Source: Paraspadella gotoi (lineage: Eukaryota > Animalia > Chaetognatha). Taken from it: 64,000 nt of DNA. A model generated the notes under the pieces. It did no database searches and was not told where the DNA came from. It saw only the letters and a list, made by a program, of their open reading frames with translations. A program made the translations under genes and the position numbers. The first letter of the stretch is position 1. Each line of letters starts with the position of its first letter. The stretch spans positions 13,176,790 through 13,240,789 of the forward strand of contig CM119269.1 of NCBI GenBank assembly GCA_051294375.1, given 5' to 3'. Below are positions 1-22,128 of the stretch, one piece after another.

Positions 1-348
1 ACATAAAGTGTTGGGGCTATACACACTTACAGAGAGGCATGGCAACCTTCTCACGTCTCTGTCACTTCAAGAGCAACTATCTGAGCTAGAATGTTACAAA
101 TCGGTGAAAAAAAAAAGTAAAATATTTTTCTATTAGTGTGAAAAATTTTATAACCTGATAGCTCTTCGTTTCGATTATATTACAAGTTTTTTCGGATCAC
201 TCCTGATGGAAGTCCCTGTAGAATGAACCTAGAATCTACGTAGGATGAACCTTGAATGTCGCCTTAAGATTTTATAGGAGCTTGTCTAGATGCCTGGATA
301 TTACTCATTGGGTCAGTGCCGACTGAAGTAATTTTTATAAAACCTTAC

Positions 349-1732
349 TACCTTGAAATTCCCATTTCATCATGAAGGCCATCTCGGGAGACGACGGAGA
401 CGTTATGTTGGTCAGCTTGTAAAGTCTCTTCAGCCCGATCCATACTTCGCCAGAGAGACAAGCCTCCGTGTTGGATTCGTTGTGGACGGCGCCGGCCAAC
501 ACTTGCAGATCGCAGGCAGCCTCGGAAGCGAATCCGTGTGTGTAGTCTTTATCCCTGAATTCTGAAAACTTACTCGAAGGAAAATTCCTCAATACAACGA
601 AATTATTATTCATCGTGTCCACACGCGGATTCTCCACACGTCGTTGAACCAGAATCCAATCACCAGAACGAACGTCGTCCACAGAAAACGTCACTGTTTA
701 GAAAAAAAAAACATCAAAACCTTAATCCAAATAGATATTTTTTAAAACTAAATATTCTCTTCTATCACTCTAGTTTTAATGCAAAAAAACCGTTTGATGG
801 TCTGTGATTTTTCTTATAAAAAAAATTTTGTTGTGAAAACAAAAAGGCAACTTTTTTCGTCTTAAACTAAGTTAAATTATTTCATACTTTCTTCTTTACA
901 CAAATTACGAATGGCGGTCATCAATGTCTGTTCTAGTCCAGGAGTCACCGTTACCATTTCCCATTTACTGAATTATATCTTGATCGATTAAGAATAAGAA
1001 AATACGAGTTCTATTTTTTTTTTCACTTCTTAATCCTTACTATTTATTTTTTTAGTCGTCGCGTCAGCCATTGTCGTTTCCAGAGTTGATTCGGCCGTCC
1101 CCACAGATGAGTCCGTTGTGTCCACAGACGATTGCGTCGTGCCCTCAGACGATTCTGTCGTGCCGAGAGACGATTCCGTGGTGGCCGTGTTTTCCTGTGT
1201 TACTGCGTTGCTGTTGGTGGATGCTTCCACGGTTGTGATCCTTTCAAATGCAACAGGCTCGAGCATATCTTTCTGGTTTGGTTCTTCCTTCGTTGTTTCT
1301 GTAGTTGATAGTATATCTTATACTGGATACAGACACTGATACTTTTCAGTCGTGATAAAGATCAATATAATAAAAACAATTAATAAAAATATTATTTTCG
1401 AGAAAAAACGATGTTTTAACTTAATTTTATGAAAATATAGAAATAAACTCGTAGAATAGATGCTTTTTATGTTGCCTTCTTAATTTATGAATGCTTTTGC
1501 CAGAAAACCGTTTACCTTTGTCAGTCGGTTCTGTGCACTTGACTCTGAAATGTTCGTCTTGCCGTCGCCTCTCCACGAACTTCTCGAGTCGCTCTGATTT
1601 GGGACAAAAGACGTGAACGACAAATTTACCGAAGCCGTTGTCGGTTTCGTTGTCGGTTTCGTTGTCGGCCTCGACGAATCTCGCGAGACCGACGCAAATG
1701 AACAAAACTAAAGTATTCCTGACCCAAGTCAT
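349..1732 (-). CDS. Secreted fibrinogen-related domain (FReD) protein with a Thr/Ser-rich stalk; 3' end unresolved
   Basis: Exon 1732-1516 encodes a signal peptide (MTWVRNTLVLFICVGLARFVEA). Exon ~1316-1051 is T/S/E-rich (TTESS repeats). Exon 693-~350 contains GDWILVQRR, DYTHGF and GEVWIGLKRLYKLT, matching the fibrinogen C-terminal motifs GGWTVIQRR, Y..GFG and EFWLGL..L..LT. GT-AG sites are phase-compatible. I could not splice the downstream exons cleanly. Confidence 0.65.
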
Positions 1733-4251
1733 TGCTTTTTCTCTGAAGCAAGGATTGGGGGCCAACTGAAAAACGTCGACGTAGCGTGGAAACTTGCGAC
1801 CACAGTAGTTGAAGGCGGTGTTTGAACTTTAATATTAAATTTGACGAACTAATATAAAATTATTTATTCATTTAATGACTGGCCCTGACTGTGGACAATG
1901 GACTCTGGATACAGTGGACAGGCTTTGGCGGGCTTTATTTAATAATCTTGTAAGAGGGATGGAGGTTGTACTTTTGGTCTTGACTTGTCATCATTAAAGT
2001 AATAAAAATTAGCCTTATCCCACAATTGCCTGTCCCTGGATAATTTTAAAATTGGGTTTACGAAGTTCATGTGTATATTGTATATTATATAATATATATA
2101 TTCTATATATTGTATACTTTATAATATAATCTAACCGTTAGCCATGTTGTATACTATAAAATTCAAATTCTAACTCTAATTATATTAAATAAAAGGTAAG
2201 GTCATCTTATTCTTTTTACGATTAACTTTCGAGCGAGCTGTGATAAATTCACTGTGTTATCGACCAACCGCTACAAACTACAGTAACTAAAAATCTAAGC
2301 GATTGTTTATCTAATCTCTGGTTGCTTCCATCACGTTGGTCTCTGGTTGCAACCGCACCTGCTAAACACAACTGATGTCGCGCGGTTTGATTGGATTTCA
2401 TGGAAAAAAAAAATTTCCAGATATCGATTTTTTGTCAGATTTGTCAACTTGTCACTCTGTAGGAAAGTAATGCATAACTGGGCCGCCACTTACAAAAGAA
2501 CAATGTGCCAAACATGTAAACAAACGATAATGCTTTATCTATACCATTGGCATTGCAGGCTACCCAGAAACATTACCGTCTGACTCGCCCCGTCCTACTC
2601 GGTCGGAAATCAAGTCCCGCCGCCATTACGACTCCAGGGAATAAAGTAAAAGAAGCGGGTTGGAGAGGAGAACCAACGAGGACTAGATGATATTTTCATT
2701 GACTATTGGGTCAATAAGGCGAATTTGTATTATATTACTTATATTACATGAAATTACAAATATGAATACATAGAAGCGACCTCTGGGTATTAATTACCGT
2801 CGATATAAAAAGGGAAGACGGAAACCAGCCAATTTTTTCAGCGCATTATATAATATATACATATAACATTATAAGTAAGAGCTGATTTTAGTATGGTTGA
2901 TGGTCTTGTTAATTTTTTTGGGTTTACTTTTTTTTGTTAATTTGTGTTTGCGATTGGATAAAGTTTACGTTAAAAAAAAAAAGAAACATTTTACTAAACC
3001 TAATTTTGATGTAAAATATATAATAATTATCAAATGAAATTTATGTTTTTGTCAACGAAATGTGACTCATTTATTTGAAGAAAGCATTAAAATATCTTCG
3101 TCTAAAAATTTAAAAAATAATGTTCTATAACAAAAAATAATTAAAAAAAATAAAAGAGTCGAAAAAAAATTTAAAAAAATCAATAAATATGATAAATAAA
3201 AAATGATGTAACTTATGGGCGAATCATTTCTAAACGGTAAACCATTGGCTTCACCACTCACCACTCACCAGTCCTTGACCTGGAAATCAATGTCATCTTG
3301 CTATTGATCGCAAAGCCGGCTTCTTCGCCTTCGCCATCTCATTGGCCCCCTGAAGCAGCCAATCACGTACGACTTCGCATCAGAATCAGTTCTGGGAAAC
3401 ATTTAACAGTCAATGTCAGGCGAAAACTAGGACGTTCGAGCTAATCCCTTATTCTTACTTTTCTAGAAAAACACTTTACTTGTTTAACGTCTATTTTCCG
3501 ATAATGAATCCTGATACATTCTGTTTTTTCGTTGTTTTTACAATCTAAAAATTTTTTTAACAATTGGTTGCCTTTGCATTCGCGAGAACATATTTGATAG
3601 TTGATAGTTTCACGAATTTTTTTTAAATAAATTTTCTTCAATAATTTTTTTTTTAAATTAAATTTTCTCAAAAACGTGCTTTGGAAAAAAATTAAAAACC
3701 GCTCTAGGGCATGTACGAAGGTCTCCCCTGATGATTCCAAGTCGTTTCCCGAATGGGTTTTTTCTGTTAATTAAATCGATCTAAGGTTCATACGTGTTCA
3801 TGATCACGGACATTCACCTTGACACCGGGAATCATCGAATGAGCATATAAATTACGGTATAATATAAGTTTTTTTAAAAAATTCAAAAAATTAAAAAACA
3901 AAACTAGTTTTTTAAAAAATTGAAATGTTATAATTATCAACGTAATGTTTTTTAATACTTCGAAACTTTTAAAACTCGGCGGCCACTGGCTCAACGACCT
4001 AATTTTCATTGAACTCATTTTTCGACAACTCGCACGGATCTCGAAACAATGACGAACAGTAAAGAAAAAAAAATCGAAAATCTTTTTAAATGAATTTTTT
4101 TCCCGCTTTCATATCCTCAATTTCTAATCCAAATACAATTTAAAGTATTATTCTTTAGTTCTAGTAGTGAATTCAAAAAAAGCTACATTACCTAAATCAG
4201 TTCCCGTAAAGTATTTTGTTCTATTCTTTTATATCTAGTCTCTTTTGAATC

Positions 4252-12121
<7,870 letters not shown>

Positions 12122-12652
12122 ACGGCAGTGAGCGGCCGTGAAGAGCCAGAAAGGGAAAAAGAAAAGAGTGAAGAATGAAATCCATTCTGGCGAATAAAGT
12201 AGAGACGAACGATCGACCATGGTGGAGACTGTAGAATGTATAGGAACGGGGCAAAGGGAGATGCAATCAGTTACGAAACCAATTCTTTTTCTTGAAATCA
12301 TGAAAAAGCATATATGAAATTGGTACAACCAATATTATTTATATATCCTCAACCTTGTCCCTAAGAAACATTAGTTTTGACGTCTATTTTAGAATGTTGC
12401 GGTGAATAAATGTTGTCCGAGATATAGGTACGCACGAGGTTAGATTATTTGTCACACTAGTCATTTTTTCTTGGCAATCTATCTTTTACTTTACAACCTT
12501 TATTGGAGTAGGTAATTTCATTAGAGTTGTAACCTATGTGCATGTTCTTTCAATGAAATGGTAGAAATAATGTCAATATAAAGTTGGTTTGTTCACTGAA
12601 TGAATAGAATACAGTGTTAAGATAAATTGATATAAATCATTTGAAAAATTAT

Positions 12653-12719
12653 GGAGGCCAGCCAGATTTTGAAGTATGTCTCTGCATAGGCGTTAGTTCG
12701 AATCCCACTACTGACACCA
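12653..12719 (+). pseudogene. 5'-truncated tRNA-Leu-like retrocopy ending in CCA
   Basis: The sequence ...GCCAGATT...TCTCTGCATAGGCGTTAGTTCGAATCCCACTACTGACACCA resembles the 3' part of eukaryotic tRNA-Leu (GGTTCGAATCCCACTTCTGACA) with CCA appended. The 5' acceptor and D arm are missing. Confidence 0.5.
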
Positions 12720-13407
12720 CATTTAATGAAAAACTCATAGGTTTTTCGAAACGAAACGAAACGAAGTTGTGATATATATTCCTGATAAACAGTTTTATCA
12801 AGCTTGCAAACTGATTGGTCGAATCCGTTTCCATCTTGACCAATTAGCGTTTGCAGATTCCATTCTTTCGAGATTCGCTCGAGTCTCTGATTCGTTTTTA
12901 CTCATAAGCGATTATGATTCTTGCGATGTTAATAAAAATATCTGCACTGCGCAAAGACGTTTAATTTACACGTTAATAGTAACTTAATTTATTATTGAAA
13001 ATATTTTAATTTTTGAAGTAATGATAAAAACTTTATTGACACAAAGTAAAATTTATAGATTAGAATCTCTTCCGCGTTAATCAACTTTTGACTGAAACTA
13101 ATTATAAGTGTATTTAATAGATATTTAATGGGTTCCGGTTAATCCAGAGAGAGAGAGAGAGAATGAAAATATGGGGACAGAGGAAATGAAAAAAGTAGGG
13201 ATGGATTTGGAAATAAAGGCACGCCCATTGGAGAACATTTTTAAATGAGCTGGATTTACGAATGGGAGACACGCCATCGGTTGACATCAATTGCTCATAG
13301 GATTTGTTGCAATCGTAATATCAAGAGTCAAACTATTTAATAGTTAGTAAGGTGGAATTAGTAAGTGTCGATGGTAGGTTATTAGATAAGGAATGAGAAT
13401 GAGAGAC

Positions 13408-13445
<38 letters not shown>

Positions 13446-14272
13446 CTTCCACGAAAACCTTTTTTTTTCCAAAATTATTTTCCGTCTCGATTTTATGGTT
13501 GATTAATTATTTCCACACACGTAAAGCATAAGAGGGTAAAAAAGAACATCCTGTTTTTATGGTTGATTAATTATCCTGAAAGGAAAATACTTATGCTTAA
13601 GATAAAATCAGTTTTCTGAAAGCTATGAGTGCGGAATCTGTTAAAAAAAACGAAAAAAATTATTTAATTGTTAAGCACTAATTCAAGATAGACCGAAAAT
13701 TAAAATTTCTTATGACAATAATTTTATATAAATTTAAAAATAGCTAAAGAAAAATAAACATACTACAGAAATGGCGATTTCATCATTACGTAGTTTCATT
13801 ACCCACAATTCGAACAACGCGGAATGAATAATGATTTTTCTTACAAATAAAAATATTTATATATAGCTAATTTCTTTCCCCGATCACCTCAAAAGCGTGC
13901 CAACTCTTGATTAACCTTCGACATGGAGTCTTTAGCCTTTTTCCCTCGTCTCTCTCTTTTTTTACGGACGAATTAATTCAGAAATTAAAAAAATGAAAGA
14001 ATTAAATCGGAATCAATAGACGATGGAAAATGAATTTTGTTCCAGTGAATGATCGCGACCGGCGCCGGAGTCCTCCGGCGTCGTTTGTCCCTATCGGCGT
14101 CGTTTTTATCTTTGGCTTCATCGCCGTCTCGATCTTCGATCTTCTTAGAAATTCATGCATTTTCGGACAACAACAACAACGTTTTTTGGGGGGGTCAACG
14201 TCTCATATTATTTTTTCGCTTCTGAAGAGAAGAGAAGAAAAAAGGTAAAGCGACCGGCTGAGGTGTGGACAA

Positions 14273-14398
<126 letters not shown>

Positions 14399-14937
14399 TT
14401 CCCCACCTTCCCCCATATCGTCATACATCATCTAAAAATTAACAATTTATGATTTTCGTACGAAAGTATTTGATTTACCATCTTTTAATTAAAATTATTG
14501 TTGTCCTGTCACGAACTGTTCTCTTTTTAACCGGATGCATTTAAACATTTCTGTCGGACGTCGCTACATTCTATAATTTCGTTCGGTAGGTTTTTCCACG
14601 ATAAAAGTTTCTGACATAGTTATGACATAGTTATGACAACGCGAGACGCTGATTAACATCGGGGTTTTCAGACACATAATTTCCGACACTCGTCGACGAA
14701 CATAAAACTCATGTCATCGAGTTTCTGTCATTCAATATATGGCACCGAATTTATGACATCGAGATGGAACCGCGTCTTTTTTTTGTGTCTGAGGATCTTT
14801 TTATGGTAAAGATAATATAATATCTCTTCCTTCCTTCATTTATCTCATGATTTTTAATATTTTTTTGGTTCAGGCGTCAAAAATTCGTCTTAACCGCATT
14901 GACTTCTCTTTTTCCCTCGTACTTGGGCATTTCTTTT

Positions 14938-15055
<118 letters not shown>

Positions 15056-15563
15056 ATTGAGACACGAAGCTTGACCCGGTAGAAAATGCCATGGAAAGAG
15101 GAGGAGTCGACCTCTCAGAAATTCTTTAACGGTTCTTTTCTTAATTTCTCATCTTTGATGATTTAAGGCGAAGAGGTTTAATTTTGAAAGGTTATAGTTA
15201 TCTGCCACCCTCCCGAAGCAAAACGGATGAGCCAACAAGCCAAAGGCCCGCAAGCTAAAATATAAAAACTTGAATCCCAATAGATAAAAGCCAAGTCAAA
15301 AAATAAAAGCCCACGGGCCAAACGTCAGAAACCCACGAGCCAAGATACGAAAGACCACAAGCCAAAAGATCACAAAGCTTCGTAAATGCCAAAGCCGTCA
15401 AATTAAAATATTGAAGCCCCACCAACAAAAAGAAAGCCAACGACCTCGGAATGATTTTTCATTTTGTTTTTTCTGTTTTCTTCTCATGTTTTCTTTGTTT
15501 TGTAAGTCGTTTGACCTTGAAGACTTCAAGGCGTTTCACGTCGATGACAAGTAGGGAGCCATA

Positions 15564-15596
<33 letters not shown>

Positions 15597-15755
15597 GTGT
15601 CGTTGTCTAGACAAGTGGGCGATGAAAATCCACCTTTTATTTTGACAGATTTTTTTTTCTTCATTTTTTTAATATTTTGTTTCCTCTTCGTTTCCCGGAC
15701 GTCGTGTCGACGTCTCTATCTGCGCTTCCTCTCTCTCTCTCTCTCTCTCTCTCTC

Positions 15756-15875
15756 NNNNNNNNNNNNNNNNNNNNNNNNNNNNNNNNNNNNNNNNNNNNN
15801 NNNNNNNNNNNNNNNNNNNNNNNNNNNNNNNNNNNNNNNNNNNNNNNNNNNNNNNNNNNNNNNNNNNNNNNNNNN
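15756..15875. other. Assembly gap (N run) inside a CT microsatellite
   Basis: A run of 120 N. A second gap of 10 N lies at 27781-27790. Confidence 0.99.
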
Positions 15876-15912
<37 letters not shown>

Positions 15913-16169
15913 CTGTCACATTCTACAATGAATTCCTGACTTTTTCTCCTTTTATGCGCTTATGAGTTCCTCTCAACATTTATTCAGTTGAAGCGCTTAC
16001 AAAAAGATAAAGTAATTAAGAATAAAATTGACAATAAAATTAAACAAATTAATTTACAAACGATAAACGTTCAAAACAACATTAGCCGATGGATCAAATC
16101 TATTCCCGCCCTTCCGAACATTGGGCGGGTTTTCATTTTTTAAGGCGAAAGTTTGATCTTCGATCCTCG

Positions 16170-16315
16170 TTTGTTGTTCGTCGTCGTTCGTCGTCGTTCG
16201 TCGTCTTCATTCGTCGTCGTTGTCATTCGTCGTCGTTTGTCGTCTTCATTTGTCGTCGTCGGTCGTCGTCGTTCTTTGTCGTTTGTCGTTCGTGCCGTCT
16301 TCAGTTTAATCGTCG

Positions 16316-16346
<31 letters not shown>

Positions 16347-16380
16347 TCTTTGTCGATCGTCTCGTCGCTGTCTCGTCCTC
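16170..16380. repeat. Degenerate (GTC)n trinucleotide repeat
   Basis: Runs of tcgtcgtcg. Similar runs occur at 15566-15595, 19230-19380, 19525-19560 and 26935-27045. Confidence 0.9.
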
Positions 16381-17210
16381 CTTGCGATTGACAAAAGGAT
16401 TCCACGATTCTTCGGGTCGAAGCGACATGAACTCACTCGAACATTGCGAGTCCTGATTCATTCTAACGTCGACGAATCAAAATTAAAAAGTTGAATCACG
16501 TAATCATGTAATTCGTGAACCCAAAGATTTTATCAATTTTTTTATCAATATTTTTTTTTCTTTTCGGTAAATTGACTCATCGTCGTGTCATCGGCAACAA
16601 ATTTCGATTTTGAGAATTTGACTTTTTTTCCTTTTTTTTTAAATCGGATTTACTGTCATTTATAAGTTAATTTTTTTTTCTTTTCAATTCAATTCGTCAA
16701 AAATATTTGTGATTCGTCTCAATTATATTTCACCCACGATAATCTCGATTGACTATTGACGAATGTATTTGGCTGAATATTTACTTAAAAGATCTGATTT
16801 TTTTTTAAACCACTGATTTCTTTTTACCTGAATTAAACTTTTCTCCTTTTTTTTAAAAATAGAAATTCATAAAATACTGCTCAAGTGCCAAGATTTGTTT
16901 GGGCACCCTCGAAACGCGAATTGTGGGTGGTGAGATGAGAGAAGAGGGGAGAAGAAGAGAGAGATAGAGGAGAGAGAGACGAGAGAGAGAGAGAGAGAGA
17001 GAGATGAGGAGAGAGAGAGAGGGGGGGGGGGGGGGGGGGAGTAGAGAGAGAGAGAGAGAGAGAGAGAAGAGATTTTGGCTTTGTGATTTTCTTCGTCATT
17101 AAATCTAATCGTTACTCTGTTGATCTTGCGTGGATAAAAATAAAACGAAATTATTCGTCATCAATGACATTTTTTATTCTGGACTCAATCTCTCGAAAAG
17201 CTCACCAACG

Positions 17211-17270
<60 letters not shown>

Positions 17271-17291
17271 TCTTCTCTCTCTCCTCTCTTT

Positions 17292-17331
<40 letters not shown>

Positions 17332-18296
17332 CTCTCTGCTCTCTGTCTCGTCTCTCTATCTCTTTCTCTTCATCTCAGTCTCTCTTCCGTGACGCCTCGT
17401 CGGGTCCTCTCTCGTCTTCTCTCGTCTCTCCGTTAATCAATAAAAAAGTAATTAGAAAACAAAAAGGGAAAAGCAGAATTAAAAAGAGGACGAAATCTTT
17501 GTCTCTTTTCGTTTAAAATTAAACTGGAGCACCGTGGGAAAATTAACTTTCTTAGTACCGCTGTGTTTCTTTTCTAAGCCCGTCACCACTACCCGGCCCC
17601 CCCGCCCCCACCCTTCTGCTCGTCTCTCTCATTTCGCTTTCTTTCTCTTTCTTTTTTTTTCTTGCCCTCTCTTCTATTTCTCTCTATTCACTTTTCCTTG
17701 CGGCTTTTCTCAGAAGGTTGTTCAGAGGATGAGACAAGAAGAGAGTATTTATTAAAATACAAGTTGCTCTCGAAGTCGTCTGCTCTCCCATGAATTCGGT
17801 CAGCGGAACCAGCGTGGGGTCCCTCGTCTTTCCATCTTCTCGATCTCTCTCTCTGTCTTCTCAGGCGGATCATTCATCGGTCGTCGTGCTCTCTCGAGGT
17901 GCGTCGTCTCTCTGCTCGTCAGTCTGGCTCGCGGGTCTCTCTCTCATTCTCAGTTTCCATTATCAATTCGCTCAATTATTCATATCCCCATCTCGAGTTT
18001 TTTGGATCCTTTTCTCCGCTACATCATCTTATCTTTATTTTTTTGTATGTCTATATCTGTTTATATACAACATAGTATTTTCTTTTAATCAAATCTTTTT
18101 TATTTCTCATCTTCTGTTTTCGTTGTTGTCGTCGTTGTTGTTGTCGCTTCTCGTGAGACTTCGAATCGATGAAGTTAATTTAAAATGATGAAACGAATTT
18201 TTCCTCCAAAAGATGTCGCGTCAAGATGGATTTTTTTATTCCGTGGTTAATTTACTTCTCATTTCCGCCAGCTAATGGGTTCTGTCTGTCTGCCTG

Positions 18297-18348
<52 letters not shown>

Positions 18349-18371
18349 TTTTTCTTTCTTTCTTTCTATAT

Positions 18372-18442
<71 letters not shown>

Positions 18443-19038
18443 TCTATTTATTTATTTATTTATTTATCTCTCGTCTTCTCCAAAGTGGTTGTTGTTGTTG
18501 TTGTTGTTCCGAGGTTTTTTCGCATGCAGGAGTTTCTTTTATCAGTCAGTAGGAGGGGGGGGCCGAAAATACATTGGCGTGTTCGGTATTTCGTGATGGG
18601 GTTCAAAATGATATTAGCGTGTGAGGCTGACCAGTGATGACAAATGATGGCTGACTGAGAATGTGAGCTGTGGTCGGGTTTGAAATAGACCGATAGGTGA
18701 AACAAAAAACTTTTTTTATGATCGACATCTAGAATCTTAGATGGCGGTTGTGAGAGTCTTGAAAAAAATGAACATCGCCTTTAGAAATAAGGGAGAAGAA
18801 AGCGTGCAAGTCAAAATGAACTGAACGAAAGATTTTAAAAAGAATACGCGCGAAAAGTTTTGACTGAGAATTTTTAAAGAAAATACGAGAGAAGAAAAGA
18901 AAAGAAAAACAAATAAGAGAAGAATAAAGAAAAAAAAGGATAAAAAAAAGAAGATAAGAAAAGAGGTGAAAAGTGAACGAAAGGTCGAAAAATAAAGAAA
19001 AAAAAAGGTGAGTGGATCGGGTGACCTGACCCTTTTTT

Positions 19039-19078
<40 letters not shown>

Positions 19079-19223
19079 CCTTCATCAAAATCGATATATT
19101 TTTTTTCGGCTGAAGAAAAACGCTACCCAATTATCATTTCAATTTTTATGCCAATCTAGCCAAGCTTAATTAATTAATTAATTGCTTATGGTTAATATTT
19201 GACTATGCCTATGGTTGACGAAG

Positions 19224-19262
<39 letters not shown>

Positions 19263-19330
19263 TGTTTTCGTCGCCTCGATCTCGCAATCGACGTCTTCGT
19301 CCGTTAATTTTTTTTCTTTTTAGTCAGCGA

Positions 19331-19374
<44 letters not shown>

Positions 19375-19749
19375 TCGTCTCCCGACGGCTGAGGTCATAC
19401 TCGTCTTTTTAAAGTTCCCTTTCTACCTTCTCTGTCAACATGACAAAACAAACAGTAAATAATTCAATTCCGGTTTTGAGGAAAACAAAAAGTCTTATTT
19501 ATTCTGTAGACTGTTTGGCGGGAGACGACGACGACGATGAAAACGACGACGACGACGATAACGACAAGGACTTACATTGATAAATAAACTTTAGCAAAAC
19601 AAAGAATATATATGAATACTTAAAAATACTAAACAAAGTAACAACCTCAACGACGACGACGACAACAAAAACAGCCTCAACAGTACAACGAAATCCTCAA
19701 TTTCAGATTCTTCAATTGATTGAAGTTAATTTTCTTTGCCAAACAACAT

Positions 19750-20060
19750 TTCGCCCTTAGCCCTTAAGCCCTTAGCCCTTAGCCCTTAGGGTCGAGAATT
19801 GAAAATACGTTTATCTTCTCTTTTTTTTTAATTGCGGGATAAAATAACAAAAATGGGGCTCTCTGGAAAAAGAGAGCCTTGATATATTTAACCTAAATAT
19901 TTTATAAATTTTTTATCAAATACTAAACTTTAACATAACCCTGAGCCTTAACCCTGAACCATTTTGCCTAATTTCTAACTCTAACCATTAATTTTAAACC
20001 CTAGTTCCTAACCTTAATCCTTAATCATTAACCCTAATCACTAGCCAAATCCCTAACCTA
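19750..20060. repeat. Degenerate interstitial (CCCTAA)-like telomeric-type repeats within a short repeat element
   Basis: Several GCCCTTA units at 19752-19790, then AACCCTAA/AACCTTAA variants at 19935-20065. Bounded by GGGGCTCTCTGGAAAA and GGGGCGTTCTGGGAAAA motifs, which also occur near 30518. Confidence 0.55.
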
Positions 20061-20860
20061 ATCCTTAATTAATTTTTATCTAAAGAAATGAATTTAATTT
20101 CTAATTTAGGATTAAATGGGGCGTTCTGGGAAAATAAAGCCCTTTTTTGGACGTAGGGGGTTTTCGGCTTGAGTTGGGGGAGAGGGTGGGGGGTGGGAGG
20201 GAATGGGGGCTTGAAAGTCTGATTCGCTTCGTCGGCGACGAAGTTAAAAATTCATTTCTCTCTTTCAATTTTTCAATTTTGCTCTTTTTTCTGTCCCTTA
20301 TCTTTTACGCTTCTTATTTCTTTTTTCGGAGATTCGCCTCGAGTATTCAGAAGCAACTCAATTAGCCACTTTTCGGTCGGTCGCTCCGTCCTACTTTCTT
20401 TTAAAGATACGTTTCAAGTGCATATGTTTCATTATTTTGTAGTCACGTGATCGCGAGAAAATGCGATGAGGACAACCCTTTGAATTTCATTGTCCACTAT
20501 CTTTTACATCCTTTTCATCTTGCACCTTTTTCGCCTTGCCCCCCTTTCGATTCCACTCCCCCCACGTCCTTCGAGGATCAACGACCCTCAAAGGCCCCGA
20601 AGGCCCCGCTACGGCGACCTTTGTTCGTCAGGGCCCCCCCCCAAGGGCCTTCTACGGCCCCGATGGAGCCCGAGCGGCTCTCTCTCTCTTCGCCCGCGAG
20701 CCTCGCATGCAGAAAAAAAGAAAAAAAAACCACGTGAGCGACATTCTGCTTATTTATTCACGAAAACCATTTTTTGTTCTCTCTTCTTAGTCCTGAGAGA
20801 TTTGAAAATGCTTATCGCGAAATGGAATCGCGCGAAGTAAATGAGTCAGAAAGAGAAGAA

Positions 20861-20943
<83 letters not shown>

Positions 20944-21114
20944 CTACCGCCTCATTCGTCTTTTGTTTGAGAACTTCAATTCTTTTTTATGATTTTTTTC
21001 ATTTATTATCTTCCTGACTATTCATAGGATGTGTTGATTTGGGGTGGAGAGACCGGATCTCATTCCTTGGTTTTATTGCATCTTTCTCTCTCTCTTTATT
21101 TTCTTTTTTCAGCC

Positions 21115-21145
<31 letters not shown>

Positions 21146-21529
21146 CCTCCCTCTCTTTCTCTCGCACTATTCCCACAGGCATGACAATTCTCTCCGTTTC
21201 TGTCTCTCTCGCTATCTTTTTACTGTCCTTTCTCTCTCTCTCTCTCTCATCGGGGTCCGATTCATTGGCAAGCGACACGCAAAGGTCGCATGCAACGCAC
21301 GCACCGCGCGGCCTCGCACATCCGGTCTTGCACGCAATCAGCGACGTGTCGTCTCCCGCTCGGGGGATCGGACCTTGACGAGAGCCCGACAATGTCCGGT
21401 CATCATTGCGTCCACCCGGTCGTGATCTATTGTCGACTGACAGAGCGCATTAAGTGTGCTCGTACTAGGGTTGGAATCCGGCCGTGATGCTGATTGCATT
21501 GTAGAGATTCTTCCAACCGCGATTGCTGA

Positions 21530-21948
21530 GAAAAGAAAAGAAAAGAAAAGAAAAGAAAAGAAAAGAAAAAGAAAAGAAAAAAGAAAAGAAAAGAAAAGAA
21601 AAGAAAAAAAAGAAAAGAAAAAAAAGAAAAGAAAAGAAAAGAAAAAAAGAAAAAAAGAAAAAAAAAGAAAAAAAAAGAAAAGAAAAGAGAAAAGAAAAGA
21701 AAAAAAAAAGAAAAAAAAGAAAAAAAGAGAAAAAAGAAAAAAAGAAAAAAGAAAAAAGAAAAAAAGAAAAAAGAGAAAAAAGAAAAAAGAAAAAAAGAAA
21801 AAAAGAAAAAAGAAAAAAAGAAAAAAAGAAAAGAAAAAAAAGAAAAGAAAAGACAACAAAAAGACAAAAAAGACAAAAAAAGGAAAAAAAGAGAGAAAAA
21901 AAAGAAAAAGCAAAAAAAGCAAAAAAGCAAAGAAAAGAAAAATAAAAG
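21530..21948. repeat. A-rich (AAAAG)n low-complexity tract
   Basis: About 420 bp consisting almost only of A and G. Confidence 0.95.
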
Positions 21949-22128
21949 AACACTCTTCTGGTCTTACAAGATTCTCCATTTTTTCTCTCTTAATTAGCTC
22001 ACTGGCTGTCTTCTTCTTTTTTTCAAATAACATACATAAAAAGATTTAAATAAAAGAAATTTAAAAAAAAAAGAAAAAAAATTTAATTTTTCCCTTCGCT
22101 CTTTAAAATCGTTGCGAAAACGCGAGCG

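Noticed and set aside
15228-15440. Degenerate AAGCC(C)A-rich short repeats
   Set aside because: The period is irregular and no termini or TSD are evident. It is probably a decayed transposon subterminal array, but I cannot support a call.
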